Assembly: GCA_016929435.1 (NCBI GenBank)
Contig: JAFGIV010000014.1
Span: 1 to 58,444, forward strand
Length of the DNA: 58,444 bases
Direction: 5' to 3'
DNA from: Candidatus Uhrbacteria bacterium
GTDB taxonomy: Bacteria > Patescibacteriota > Patescibacteriia > SG8-24
A program made the translations under genes and the position numbers. The notes beneath the pieces were generated by a model that saw nothing but the letters and a program-made list of their open reading frames with translations, was not told where the DNA came from and did not search any database. Position 1 is the first letter of the stretch, and every line of letters begins with the position of its first letter. Below, piece by piece: positions 44,217-54,031 of the stretch.

Positions 44217-44714
44217 ATGATTCAACGCACTCTGGTATTGCTTAAGCCCGATGCCCTGGACCGGGGGATCGTCGGCGAGGTCATCACCCGTTTTGAGAGG
44301 GTGGGGGCCAACATGGTCGGCCTGAAGCTCCTGGTTTCGGCCGAGGATACGGCCAAGCTCCACTATACCGATGATTTGGCCCGCCGTCGGGGGGAAGAGG
44401 TCCGTAACCGGATGATCAGCATGCTCATCTCCGGCCCGATCGTCGCCATTTGTCTGGAAGGGGTGGAGATAATAGAGGTGGTCCGAAAGATGGTGGGCGC
44501 CACCGAGCCCAAGGCCGCGGCCCCGGGAACCATCCGCGGCGATTATGCCCATGTCTCCTACCAGCACGCCGACGAGAAGGGGATCGGCGTCTTCAACCTG
44601 ATCCATGCCTCGGATTCCCAGGAATCGGCTGATTCCGAAATCGGGGTCTGGTTCAAGCCGGAGGAGCTTTGCGTCCACCACCCGTCGTACACCAAGTTCA
44701 CGATCAGGGACTGA
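44217..44714 (+). CDS. ndk: Nucleoside diphosphate kinase
   Basis: RTLVLLKPD, GTIRGDY, NLIHASDS. Confidence 0.95.
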   Translation: MIQRTLVLLKPDALDRGIVGEVITRFERVGANMVGLKLLVSAEDTAKLHYTDDLARRRGEEVRNRMISMLISGPIVAICLEGVEIIEVVRKMVGATEPKAAAPGTIRGDYAHVSYQHADEKGIGVFNLIHASDSQESADSEIGVWFKPEELCVHHPSYTKFTIRD

Positions 44715-44914
44715 CCTTATCCACATCCGGCGGTTGTGGTTAGGCACCGACATTGTTAGACTGACAGTGTCTTGTCGTGGGCGTCGGTCGGTTGGGGATA
44801 ACCCGAATGGCCGATCAATACCTTAAGGCGTTGCCGCCGCTTTCTCTTAGGCCGGACGCCTTTTATTTTTCTTGACCTTTCGGCCGGAGAGTCCATATAA
44901 TTCAGAGGATCGTT

Positions 44915-45397
44915 ATGATCTGGAGAGATGCCGTAAAAAAGGTCGGTTTCGGCCATGTTATTTTGGTCGTCGCTGTCCTGGCGGTTTTGGGGATGTTTGC
45001 GGTGTGGCTTTCGGATCGGGGAAAGGGCGGGGTTCCCGCCCCGGCGATCGGTGACTTGGCCCGCTGCCTGCAGGACAGGGGCGTCAGGATGTACGGGACC
45101 GAGTGGTGCTCCCATTGCCAGAAACAGAAAAAGGCTTTCGGGGAGTCGTTTTCCATGATCGATTACGTGGAATGCACCGATTCCGGAAATCCGATGAGGA
45201 TGTCCGCGGAGTGCGAGAGGGCCGGCATAACGGGTTTCCCGACCTGGCAGTTTTCCTTGGGGAACCTTGTTCCTGGGGAAATGTCCTTCTCCGAACTGGC
45301 GGCCAAGGCCGGCTGTCCGTGGGGTGAGATGGGGGATCCTGATTCGTTCGTGGTCTCCTCCCCGCCCGTTGGGCCGGATACGGAAGGGACGGATTGA
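44915..45397 (+). CDS. Membrane-anchored thioredoxin-like (CSHC) protein
   Basis: TM helix, then MYGTEWCSHC, YVEC and GFPTW; resembles VKOR-associated Trx-like domains. Confidence 0.8.
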   Translation: MIWRDAVKKVGFGHVILVVAVLAVLGMFAVWLSDRGKGGVPAPAIGDLARCLQDRGVRMYGTEWCSHCQKQKKAFGESFSMIDYVECTDSGNPMRMSAECERAGITGFPTWQFSLGNLVPGEMSFSELAAKAGCPWGEMGDPDSFVVSSPPVGPDTEGTD

Positions 45398-45420
45398 GGG
45401 GTTTTGTCGGGACATTTTAC

Positions 45421-45496
45421 CCGCCCGTAGCTCAGGGGTTAGAGCACCGCCCTTATAAGGCGGTGGTCGGTGGTTCAAATCCACCCGGGCGGACCA
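45421..45496 (+). tRNA. tRNA-Ile(UAU)
   Basis: Cloverleaf; anticodon stem CCGCC/GGCGG with loop CT-TAT-AA; CCA end. Confidence 0.93.
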
Positions 45497-45574
45497 ATCG
45501 GAGTGATGCATGCCCCAAGCCGACGGCTTGGGGTCTGTGTTTGTCTGGCGGGTATTTTCTGCTATAATTAAGGC

Positions 45575-46621
45575 ATGAGCAGCGATCGCGTAAAAGGTTA
45601 TTTCCTTGGGGCCTTCCTGGTCGGGAGCGTTGTACTGACCGTACTGATTTTCCGTTCCTACCTTATTCCCCTGGCCTTGGGCGGGGTCATGGCCCTGGTG
45701 GCCATGCCGCTATACCGCCCGCTGCGCCGTTTTTTCCGTTCCGATGCCGTTGCGGCCCTGGTTACCGTGATTTTGGTGACCGGGGTCATCGTATTGCCGG
45801 TTGCGTATTTCTTTTCGGCCTTGGCGTCGGAGATAGGTCGGGTCATCCAGGATTTCGGTTCCTATTTCGATTATACCAGGATATCCGACTATCTCGGCCG
45901 GATCGTTCCCGCTGCCTGGCAGGATAGTGTCCCTGACATCATGGGGCAGGCCATGGAGGTAATTTCGGCCATCGCCAGGAACCTGTCCTCCAATTTGCTT
46001 AGGTTTTTTTCCAATGTCGTTTCCGCCTCCCTCGGTTTCCTGGTGATGCTGTTCTCCATGTATTACCTGATGAAGGATGGCCACAACATCAAGCGGGAAA
46101 TGCTGGCCCTGTCTCCGCTTGACGACGACCGGGACGAGCGGATTTTCCGGAATGTCGTGGTGACGGTCCGTGCCGTCATTGTCGGATTCCTATTCATCGG
46201 TCTCCTGAAGGGACTTTTGGCCGGCTTTGCCTATTGGGCGGCTGGGGTGACGGCACCTCTGTTTTGGGGAACTATGACCGGTTTGGCCTTTTTCATCCCC
46301 ATGGTCGGATCGGGCCTGGTGATGATCCCGATTGCCGCCTATCTGGCGATCACCGGCCATTGGGTAGCGGCCATCGGCTTGGGTCTTTTCATGGTCCTGG
46401 TCGTCGGGATGGTCGACAATTTCATCCAACCCCGCTTTATCGGCAGTCGGGCCAAGATTCATCCGCTGCTCGTTCTCCTGTCCCTGCTCGGCGGAATAGA
46501 GTTTCTGGGTTTTGCGGGAATAATCCTCGGACCGTTGGTTTTGGCCATGACCCTGGCCCTGATCGAGATATACAAGTCGGATTACGGATCCAAGGGTCCC
46601 GGACCGGTTCCGGAAGGTTAG
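45575..46621 (+). CDS. AI-2E family transporter
   Basis: Multi-TM; IPMVG, DNFIQP.FIG, FLGFAGIILGP; TGCTATAAT 6 nt before the ATG. Confidence 0.9.
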   Translation: MSSDRVKGYFLGAFLVGSVVLTVLIFRSYLIPLALGGVMALVAMPLYRPLRRFFRSDAVAALVTVILVTGVIVLPVAYFFSALASEIGRVIQDFGSYFDYTRISDYLGRIVPAAWQDSVPDIMGQAMEVISAIARNLSSNLLRFFSNVVSASLGFLVMLFSMYYLMKDGHNIKREMLALSPLDDDRDERIFRNVVVTVRAVIVGFLFIGLLKGLLAGFAYWAAGVTAPLFWGTMTGLAFFIPMVGSGLVMIPIAAYLAITGHWVAAIGLGLFMVLVVGMVDNFIQPRFIGSRAKIHPLLVLLSLLGGIEFLGFAGIILGPLVLAMTLALIEIYKSDYGSKGPGPVPEG

Positions 46622-46656
46622 TCTTTTCGCACTTTCGTGGGACAAAATGGACAGCG

Positions 46657-46686
46657 AAAAGCCCGGCCGTCAAGCCGGGCTTTTTT
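46657..46686. terminator. Bidirectional terminator
   Basis: AAAA-GCCCGGC-N6-GCCGGGC-TTTTTT. Confidence 0.85.
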
Positions 46687-46693
46687 ACTTTTT

Positions 46694-47824
46694 TTACAGT
46701 TCCAAAGTCTGGTTCGTCGGAGGGTGCAGGCCGTATTCGGATTTTTTAGATTCCCAAATGCCCGCCTGTTCGGCGGTTACCAGGCCGTCCCCCAGGGGGT
46801 TGAAGCCGGAGCTGATTTCAGTGCCGTCCGGATGGCCGTCCCCGTCCGTGTCGGCCAGGAGGGGGTTGGTGCCGTATGTGTTGACCTCGTCCCCGTCAGC
46901 CAGCCCGTCCCCGTCCGTGTCGGCCAGATTGGCGTTGAGTCCCATGCCCAGTTCGATCAGGTCATGCAGCCCGTCCCCGTCCGTGTCGGCCAGCCTTTCG
47001 TTCGGACGTCGCGGGTCGAATCCGGAATCCAGTTCGGATCGGTCGTCGAACCCGTCCCCGTCCGTGTCGGCCAGGAGGGGGTTGGTGCCGTATGTGTTGA
47101 CCTCGTCCCCGTCAGACAGCCCGTCCCCGTCCGTATCCGGGCGGTTTGGATCCGTTCCAATGGCTATTTCCCGCTCGTCAGACAGCCCGTCCCCGTCGGT
47201 ATCGGCCGCCTTTTCCGGTTCCGGGACCGCTGTCGCGGTTTTCGTTTCCGGTTCAGGTTCGTTTTCCCCCGTGCCGGTTTCCTCGCCTTCCGTTCCCGCC
47301 GTTTCCGGGACAGGGGAATCGAATCCGTCCGGGGTCAGCCGGTGCTCTCCGGCCGTCAGGCCCATCAGGTCGCCTTCCAGGGTGAAGGTCAGGGAATAGC
47401 CGTAGTCCGTCAGGCGGTATCCGTACGGTGCCCCTCCGTTTTTGGGATCCGTCGGCACTTCCTTCAGGAACGCGGGCTCCAGGTTTTCCAGCAAGTTCGG
47501 ATATTGGCCGTTCTTTTCGCGGTATTCGGCCAAGCCTATCCTGATGACGTTTATGTCCCGGTATGTCATCCTGTCCCGCTCGGCCGAAAGGGTCGCCGGA
47601 TCGGCGGTTTCGGGCGACTCTTCCGTTTCCGGTGCGGCCTGTTCAGCGGGACGGTGCGGCAGGTTCAGGACCGTTTCCCGGAATTTCGGGGACGCTAACC
47701 AGGCTGACGTGAATCCCCCGAACATGACGACTACCGGAACGGCGACCTTAAGGACCGTCACTATCGGGTTTTTTTCGGGACGTTCCATGGCGGGATGTCC
47801 CGTGTTTTCCTGGAATGTTTTCAT
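46694..47824 (-). CDS. Membrane-anchored protein with a GspG/pilin-like globular domain and Ca-binding DTDGDG (TSP3-like) repeats
   Basis: Y...NGQYP..L..L.P.FL..VPTDP; six DTDGDG repeats; TGCTATAAT 6 nt before ATG 47824. Confidence 0.8.
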   Translation of the reverse strand: MKTFQENTGHPAMERPEKNPIVTVLKVAVPVVVMFGGFTSAWLASPKFRETVLNLPHRPAEQAAPETEESPETADPATLSAERDRMTYRDINVIRIGLAEYREKNGQYPNLLENLEPAFLKEVPTDPKNGGAPYGYRLTDYGYSLTFTLEGDLMGLTAGEHRLTPDGFDSPVPETAGTEGEETGTGENEPEPETKTATAVPEPEKAADTDGDGLSDEREIAIGTDPNRPDTDGDGLSDGDEVNTYGTNPLLADTDGDGFDDRSELDSGFDPRRPNERLADTDGDGLHDLIELGMGLNANLADTDGDGLADGDEVNTYGTNPLLADTDGDGHPDGTEISSGFNPLGDGLVTAEQAGIWESKKSEYGLHPPTNQTLEL

Positions 47825-47920
47825 GTCCTGATTATAGCACGGCAGGCCGGCGATTTGACCGCCGGCCGGATCGGTGGTGTCCTTTACCTGTCGGACTTTA
47901 AAAACAATAGGGAGGTTTCG

Positions 47921-48502
47921 ATGAAAAGGTTTGCGGTGTTGTTTTCGGCAATCGTTTTTTTGGTTTTGGCGGGATATTGCCTGATTTCCCGGATACCGTC
48001 CGTTTTCGCTTCCGGCCAACCGGGGACGAACCGGATTGAACCCATGCCGATCATGAAATACGGATCGGTCCTCTACCGCCTGCCGAATCCGGATTGGTAT
48101 CCGGCCCCCAAGGGGGATTATTCGAAATACGGCCACCGGCCGGATGTGATGCTGTATCACCGGAAAGCCAACCCGTTCGTCGTTCGGGTTAACCTTGAGA
48201 GGGACAGGTTGGGATTCCGTCCGGCCACCTTACTGCATCTGGCGTTCACCCTGCGCTGTCCGAAAGGCGTGGAGTGGGAATGGGTCGTCAGGAACCGGGG
48301 GGAGGGACCGGCCAGGGTAGGCTTTGTCGGCGAAAAGAGGGGGATTCGGGGCCTGGCCGACGCCAGGCACCTTCCGGGTCGCTGGTCTTCCGTCCTGATA
48401 GTCGGCGGATCGTGGCCAAAAGGGAAACACCGCGAATTGCTTCCCCAGTTTGATCTTTTGGTGGAGTCGTTCCGTGTCGCCGGATCCAAGTCCGGCGAAT
48501 GA
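47921..48502 (+). CDS. Hypothetical secreted protein
   Basis: GGAGG SD; signal-peptide-like MKRFAVLFSAIVFLVLAG. Confidence 0.6.
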   Translation: MKRFAVLFSAIVFLVLAGYCLISRIPSVFASGQPGTNRIEPMPIMKYGSVLYRLPNPDWYPAPKGDYSKYGHRPDVMLYHRKANPFVVRVNLERDRLGFRPATLLHLAFTLRCPKGVEWEWVVRNRGEGPARVGFVGEKRGIRGLADARHLPGRWSSVLIVGGSWPKGKHRELLPQFDLLVESFRVAGSKSGE

Positions 48503-48542
48503 CGGCGCCTGTTCGGGCCGTCCCCGCCTTTGGGGATGGCCT

Positions 48543-49496
48543 TTATTTTTCCAGCAGGACTGATTCCAGTTCCCCAATCTCCGATACCCGGACCATTTTT
48601 TCCCGCCAGGCCCCGGCTCCCGGAACCCCCTTGAAATAATGGACCAGGTGGGCGCGGAGGGAGACGAGCGGGGCCGGTTCGGGGTGGGCGACAGCATGCC
48701 TTTCGGCATGCCTTATGATGATTTTGACCCTTTCCCCCCAATCCGGAGCCTCCCATGCCCGTTTGTCGATGAAGGCGGCGATTTCCGCGAAGATCCAGGG
48801 GTTTCCCAAGGTGCACCGTCCGACCATCACCCCGTCGCAGCCGCTGCAGTCCAGCGCTTTTCGGGCGCTTTCCCCGCCTGAAACATCTCCGTTCAGGATG
48901 ACCGGGATCGACAGCCGTGACTTCGCCTTGCCGATCGTCGCCCAGTCCGCCGTTCCGGAATAGCCCTGCTCCTTCGTGCGGCCGTGGATCGTGATCAGGT
49001 CCGCCCCGGCATCCTCGATGATTTTGGAGAACTCCAATATCTCCTCGGGGCTTGTCCAGCCCAGGCGGGTCTTTACGGAGACTGGCTTGGCGGTCGCCGC
49101 CTTCACGGCCCGGACGATCGCCGCCGCCTTGGACGGTTCCCGCATCAGGGCCGAGCCGTTGAAGTTGCCGACGATCTTCCTGGCCGGACAGCCCATGTTG
49201 ATATCGAATCCGTCCGGTCCGAACCTGTCGTCGATGATTCGGACCGCCTCGGCCATGACGGACGGGTCGGCCCCGAACAGCTGCTGGACGATCGGCCGCT
49301 CCACGCCCCCAAAGCGGCACATTTCGACCGTCCGGTCGTTTCCCCTGACGATCGCCTCCGAGTTGGCCATTTCCCGGAAGACGATAAAATCCGGCCCGCC
49401 GCATTCGCGGGCCGTTTGGCAGAAGGCCGAATCGGTCATGTCGGCCATCGGCGCCAGGGCCAGGATCGGTTTTCGGTTTTGGAACCAGAATGGCAT
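48543..49496 (-). CDS. dusB: tRNA-dihydrouridine synthase
   Basis: LAPMA, QLFG, DINMGCPA, SVKTRLG, TIHGRT, NGDV; probable ATG at 49496. Confidence 0.9.
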   Translation of the reverse strand: MPFWFQNRKPILALAPMADMTDSAFCQTARECGGPDFIVFREMANSEAIVRGNDRTVEMCRFGGVERPIVQQLFGADPSVMAEAVRIIDDRFGPDGFDINMGCPARKIVGNFNGSALMREPSKAAAIVRAVKAATAKPVSVKTRLGWTSPEEILEFSKIIEDAGADLITIHGRTKEQGYSGTADWATIGKAKSRLSIPVILNGDVSGGESARKALDCSGCDGVMVGRCTLGNPWIFAEIAAFIDKRAWEAPDWGERVKIIIRHAERHAVAHPEPAPLVSLRAHLVHYFKGVPGAGAWREKMVRVSEIGELESVLLEK

Positions 49497-49539
49497 GTTG
49501 CGTGTTGGGCGTTGCGGAATGGTCGTTTCCCGTCTTTTT

Positions 49540-49584
49540 CCTAAGTCCCCGTTGCCCCCTAAATCCCCCAATACTGGGGGACTT
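49540..49584 (+). repeat. REP-like unit, family A, extended copy upstream of dusB
   Basis: CCTAAGTCCCC-N4-CCCCCTAAATCCCCCAATACTGGGGGACTT, near-identical to 42529-42574. Confidence 0.9.
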
Positions 49585-49689
49585 GAGGGGAAGGGATTTT
49601 TTTATGGATAGTTTGTTACGGATGTTTTGGGTGTACAAACGGCTTTTTCCCAAAAACGCCCCGGACCAGCCGAGGCGTCTTTATTTTCT

Positions 49690-49776
49690 TGGTGCGGACG
49701 GGGGGACTTGAACCCCCACGGGATTGCTCCCGCCAGCCCCTCAAGCTGGTGCGTCTGCCGGTTCCGCCACGTCCGC
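49690..49776 (-). tRNA. tRNA-Leu(GAG)
   Basis: Cloverleaf with long variable arm; anticodon loop TT-GAG-GG; CCA end. Confidence 0.93.
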
Positions 49777-49996
49777 TTACGGATGGCATCATAGCCGAAT
49801 GTCAGGAATTCCGCAAGGGTCAGGACTTTTTCGGGGCGTCTTTTCGTCCCGAGACCATTTGGGCGGCGGCGGAAGCGCTTGGGTGGTGGGTCGGGGGCTT
49901 TACAAAAAACGGAAAATCACCTATCCTGAACCCGGGATTGTCGTTATTGACAATTCGGATGACTGGATAACTGGATAAAAGGAAAGGAGTGCCAAT

Positions 49997-50395
49997 ATGG
50001 GACATGACCTGTCAGCGGTGGCCGACAAGAATTTTGCGGCCTGGAACGGTGCGCTTTTGGGCGGGGATCCGGAAAGGGTCGCTTCCCTTTACGGCGAGGA
50101 ATGCAGCTTCCTGCCGACCATGGCCGGGGATTTTCGGCAGGGTCGGGAAAGGGCAGCCGGGTATTTCCGGCACTTTCTGGAGAGACACCCGTCCGGAACG
50201 GTCGTGGAGGGTCGGGTACAGGCCTTGGGTGAGGGCACGTATATCCATGCAGGCCTTTACGATTTCGAGGTTGACGGCCGGGACGGCGGGCGGGAAACGG
50301 TTCGTGCCCGCTTCACCTTCGTCTGGCGGCTGGATGGGGACAGGTGGTCCATCGTGCACCACCATTCCAGCGCATTGCCGCAGGCAGCGGCATAG
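49997..50395 (+). CDS. SnoaL/NTF2-like (DUF4440, CaMKII association-like) protein
   Basis: W..AL..GDPE.VA.LY; RFTFVW...W.IVHHHSS..P. Confidence 0.85.
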   Translation: MGHDLSAVADKNFAAWNGALLGGDPERVASLYGEECSFLPTMAGDFRQGRERAAGYFRHFLERHPSGTVVEGRVQALGEGTYIHAGLYDFEVDGRDGGRETVRARFTFVWRLDGDRWSIVHHHSSALPQAAA

Positions 50396-50495
50396 TGGGG
50401 CGGAACGCCGTTCCGCCCGTACCGGTGCCGATGCGGATCGGCCCGGTTTTTTTAACGGCCCGGATGTCCTATAATTAACCGGGTCCGTCAGGCAT

Positions 50496-50572
50496 GGGCG
50501 CTTAGCTCAGTTGGTTAGAGCGTCTCGTTTACACCGAGAAGGCCACAGGTTCGAGCCCTGTAGCGCCCACCA
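50496..50572 (+). tRNA. tRNA-Val(UAC)
   Basis: Cloverleaf; anticodon loop TT-TAC-AC; CCA end. Confidence 0.95.
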
Positions 50573-50637
50573 AAAATTCCATCAACTTGAGGTATTTGTG
50601 GTTGCCTTTGTCTGATTATGAGTTATGCTGATTCAAA

Positions 50638-51693
50638 ATGGGTGATAAATATTTGATTTTCAGAATCCCGACACGTTTTTGGCTTACCGAAACCTATGAG
50701 CTTAATGGGAAAGTATCATTGATCCCCGCAGGTGAATTTTCCCAAACACTCGGTCCCAAGACTTGTTTTGCGGGATCCTTTTGGTATGTCGAACGGGTGC
50801 CAGACGATTTAACCATGTTGCCTTTGAAAAATCTAAAGGAATTCATTAGATTTTGGAGCTTTGTTTTTCGGGAAGATTTGGCAGTTACGCATTTTGAGGT
50901 TGAAGAAGAGCACCCTTGCGTTAAGGAATATTTACCAATTAAGAATACCAAGGTAAGAGAGGGTTGGAATGAACCAAAGTTTGACCCTGCAAACATTAAA
51001 TTGAGAATTGACCTTTCTTTTAGCCCAAAAACTTTTCAGCTGTCGGATCTTTTTTCACTATTTGTGGAAGCAGAAAAGCACCTTAAGGATTTGATTGGAT
51101 TGTATAAAATTTACCCAAACAAATATGTGGTTAATAAATTTTTCTGCCTTGATGACAATTATCTTTTTAAGAGCAGCTTAAATGCTGTTATTTTAGATGC
51201 TTTAACCAAAGAAGAACGGTGCACATTCAAGATGTCTTGTCCAAAAGGGTGTAAAAATAATGACGGTATGGATGAATTTCAGTTCTCTCATCCTAAGACC
51301 CCATTTCGCCAAAGAATCAATAATTTACTTTGTAATTTTGAAGATAAAGATTTTTATACTGATATTTGTTTGCATTTCTGTACGACGATAAGGAATAAAG
51401 TTTTTCATGATGCCAAATCCGAAAAAAGACCCAAGACGACTATGCCTGTAATTGACCCAATAACCAGAATGGGTCGACGTGAAGCGACTATGGAAGAAAC
51501 ACTGGTGAGTTTGAGAGACGAAGGTCTTTCGGCCGATAATGCGCAGATTATATTTAGTGAGGTTATTTATTCATTGTTGCTAAATAGATTGATTCCCGAT
51601 CTTAATTTCTGGCCCAAGCTTTCAATGCTAAAAATGGTCACCAACGAAATAACAACTATCGATGATTTATCGGAAGTTCGGGGGGAAGGATAG
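50638..51693 (+). CDS. Putative HEPN-domain protein (ApeA-like), AT-rich
   Basis: RNKVFH (Rx4H) motif in a helical C-terminal region, preceded by a Cys cluster C-x5-C-x3-C...H. Confidence 0.55.
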   Translation: MGDKYLIFRIPTRFWLTETYELNGKVSLIPAGEFSQTLGPKTCFAGSFWYVERVPDDLTMLPLKNLKEFIRFWSFVFREDLAVTHFEVEEEHPCVKEYLPIKNTKVREGWNEPKFDPANIKLRIDLSFSPKTFQLSDLFSLFVEAEKHLKDLIGLYKIYPNKYVVNKFFCLDDNYLFKSSLNAVILDALTKEERCTFKMSCPKGCKNNDGMDEFQFSHPKTPFRQRINNLLCNFEDKDFYTDICLHFCTTIRNKVFHDAKSEKRPKTTMPVIDPITRMGRREATMEETLVSLRDEGLSADNAQIIFSEVIYSLLLNRLIPDLNFWPKLSMLKMVTNEITTIDDLSEVRGEG

Positions 51694-51808
51694 ATAAGGG
51701 CAATATGCATAATCCTCATATTGTTTTTTCTTCTATAAATACGATAATATACGCTGTGTAGGCTTGACGAGCCGTGGAATCGTCCACTCTATCAGACTCC
51801 TTTCCATT

Positions 51809-53014
51809 ATGGCCAACAGCAATCTCGCCAACGCCAAAAGGGCCAAGAACGACGAGTTTTACACCCAATATGGGGATATTCAGAAGGAAATCGGGGCATA
51901 TCTTGAATATGACCCCGATTCGTTTCGAAATAAGACGGTGTACTGCAACTGTGACGACCCGTACGAGAGCAACTTTTTCCGTTATTTCGTGCTGAATTTC
52001 AATAGGCTCGGGCTGAAACGGCTCATCACCACAAGCTATAAGCCCTCTCCGGTGGCCAATACCCAATTGGGGCTGTTCGGTGACGACAGGACTTTGGCGG
52101 AAAAGGGCCGCCCTAAGGTGAACGCCAACAAGTTCGTCATCAATGAGGTCTGCGACACGGACGGCGACGGAGAGTTCAACCTGAAGGACATCGCCGCCCA
52201 GTTGAAGGCGAACAAGAATAACGATTGGGAACCGCTGGAGGGCGACGGCGATTTTCGGAGCGATGAGTCTATAGATTTGCTGAAGCAATCGGATATTGTG
52301 GTGACTAATCCGCCTTTCAGTTTGTTTCGTGAGTTTTTAAAACAACTCGTGGATTATCAAAAAGAATTTTTGATTATTGGCAACTTGAATGCAATTACAT
52401 ACAAAGAAGTATTCCCGTTACTAAAGGAGAATAAGATTTGGTTGGGCAATAACTACAGAATCAACGGAGGGGCAATGTTTTTTGAGATACCCGAGAAAAT
52501 TGCCAATTTGGAGCAGGTTCGCGAGATAAGGACAGATGAGAGTGGGAAGAAGATATTCGTTACAAGAGTGCAAGGTGTTCGTTGGTTCACCAATTTAGAC
52601 CACGGGCGTCGTCACCAACCGATACCGCTGATGATCGAAGCGGAAGTTGTAAAATTCGCAACAAAGAAGCCTTTTGATAAATATGATAATTTTGATGCGA
52701 TTGAAGTTCCGCTAATAAAAAATATCCCCAGTGATTACATCGGTTTGATGGGTGTGCCGATTAGTATTTTTGATAAATATAGCCCCGAGCAGTTTGAGAT
52801 TGTTGGTTATGAAAAAAGTTGCGATCTTAGAACTAAGATTTATCCCAAACAATTGCAGATTGATAAAACGGGGAAGAAAAGTTTTGTTACAAAATTGAAT
52901 GACGGAGCAGCGATTAGAGTCTCAACACCGCCGGATGCTATGACATATTATGTTGTTGATGATGCATACTATGTGCAATCCTTCAAAAGGATTTTTATTA
53001 GGCATAAGAAGTGA
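51809..53014 (+). CDS. Adenine-specific DNA methyltransferase, EcoRI family
   Basis: NL.NAK.AKNDEFYTQ, VYCNCDDP..SNF, GDGDFRS.E, VVTNPPFSLF, GVPISI.DKY.PEQF. Confidence 0.92.
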   Translation: MANSNLANAKRAKNDEFYTQYGDIQKEIGAYLEYDPDSFRNKTVYCNCDDPYESNFFRYFVLNFNRLGLKRLITTSYKPSPVANTQLGLFGDDRTLAEKGRPKVNANKFVINEVCDTDGDGEFNLKDIAAQLKANKNNDWEPLEGDGDFRSDESIDLLKQSDIVVTNPPFSLFREFLKQLVDYQKEFLIIGNLNAITYKEVFPLLKENKIWLGNNYRINGGAMFFEIPEKIANLEQVREIRTDESGKKIFVTRVQGVRWFTNLDHGRRHQPIPLMIEAEVVKFATKKPFDKYDNFDAIEVPLIKNIPSDYIGLMGVPISIFDKYSPEQFEIVGYEKSCDLRTKIYPKQLQIDKTGKKSFVTKLNDGAAIRVSTPPDAMTYYVVDDAYYVQSFKRIFIRHKK

Positions 53015-53015
53015 T

Positions 53016-54029
53016 ATGAAAGGCGACGGACAAAAGGGTGAAATCATCATTTATGAGGGCGGCGACGGAGGGCTGCGGATTGAGGTACAGATGCAGGGCG
53101 AGACGGTGTGGCTCAACCAAGCGCAGGTGGCCGAACTTTTTGGGGTGCAACGGCCGGCAATCACTAAGCACCTGCGAAACATATTCGAAAGCGGCGAATT
53201 GCATGAGGATTCAGTCAGTTCCGTTTTGGAACACACTGCCGCTGACGGAAAAACCTACAGAACCAAATTCTATAACCTCGACGCCATCATTTCGGTGGGT
53301 TACCGAGTAAACTCTTCTGCGGCGACGCGTTTTCGTCAATGGGCCACGGCTCGACTCCGCGAGTATATCGTCAAGGGATTTTCCATAAATAAGGAAAAGC
53401 TGAAGAGTCTTGGCGGCGGGAGCTACTGGAAGGAGCTGCTTGACGAGATCCGCGACATTCGGAGCGGCGAGAAAGTGCTGTATCGGCAGGTTCTTGACCT
53501 GTATGCCACCGCTACGGATTATGATCCGCATGCCGACGAGTCGCTTGCGTTTTTCAAAATCGTCCAAAACAAAATGCACTTTGCGGCGCATGGGCATACG
53601 GCCAGCGAAGTCATCTATCTGCGAGTGGATAGCGACAAGCCGTTTGCCGGGCTTACGAGTTTCAAGGGCGCACAGCCAACGCAAGCCGAAGCGATGATTG
53701 CGAAAAATTACCTTGACCTTAGGGAACTGAAGGTGCTCAATAATCTGGTGTCAGCCTACTTTGATATCGCCGAAGTCAATGCCATTGAGCACAAGCCGAT
53801 GCGCATGGCGGACTATATCCGCGAGCTTGACGCCATCCTTAGGTCCACGGGACGAAAGCTGCTTGACGGCGCCGGGAAGGTGAGCAAGGAAAAAGCGGAG
53901 GAAAAGGCAAAAACGGAGTACGGGAAATATAAAGCCAAGACATTGAGCGAGGTGGAGAAATCGTACTTGGAAAGCCTGAAACAGATCGAGAAGAAGATGA
54001 AGAAACCGGGGAAACTTAAGAAAACCTGA
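53016..54029 (+). CDS. RhuM-family DNA-binding protein
   Basis: [42 protein letters not shown]. Confidence 0.92.
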   Translation: MKGDGQKGEIIIYEGGDGGLRIEVQMQGETVWLNQAQVAELFGVQRPAITKHLRNIFESGELHEDSVSSVLEHTAADGKTYRTKFYNLDAIISVGYRVNSSAATRFRQWATARLREYIVKGFSINKEKLKSLGGGSYWKELLDEIRDIRSGEKVLYRQVLDLYATATDYDPHADESLAFFKIVQNKMHFAAHGHTASEVIYLRVDSDKPFAGLTSFKGAQPTQAEAMIAKNYLDLRELKVLNNLVSAYFDIAEVNAIEHKPMRMADYIRELDAILRSTGRKLLDGAGKVSKEKAEEKAKTEYGKYKAKTLSEVEKSYLESLKQIEKKMKKPGKLKKT

Positions 54030-54031
54030 TT

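Noticed and set aside
44726-44880. Hairpins between ndk and the thioredoxin-like gene as a possible sRNA
   Set aside because: Adequately explained as the ndk 3' UTR/terminator followed by the next promoter; no family motif.
49497-49571. N-terminal extension of Dus in the ORF track (MGDLGGNGDLG...)
   Set aside because: It is read from the family-A repeat; the Dus-like sequence begins at ATG 49496.
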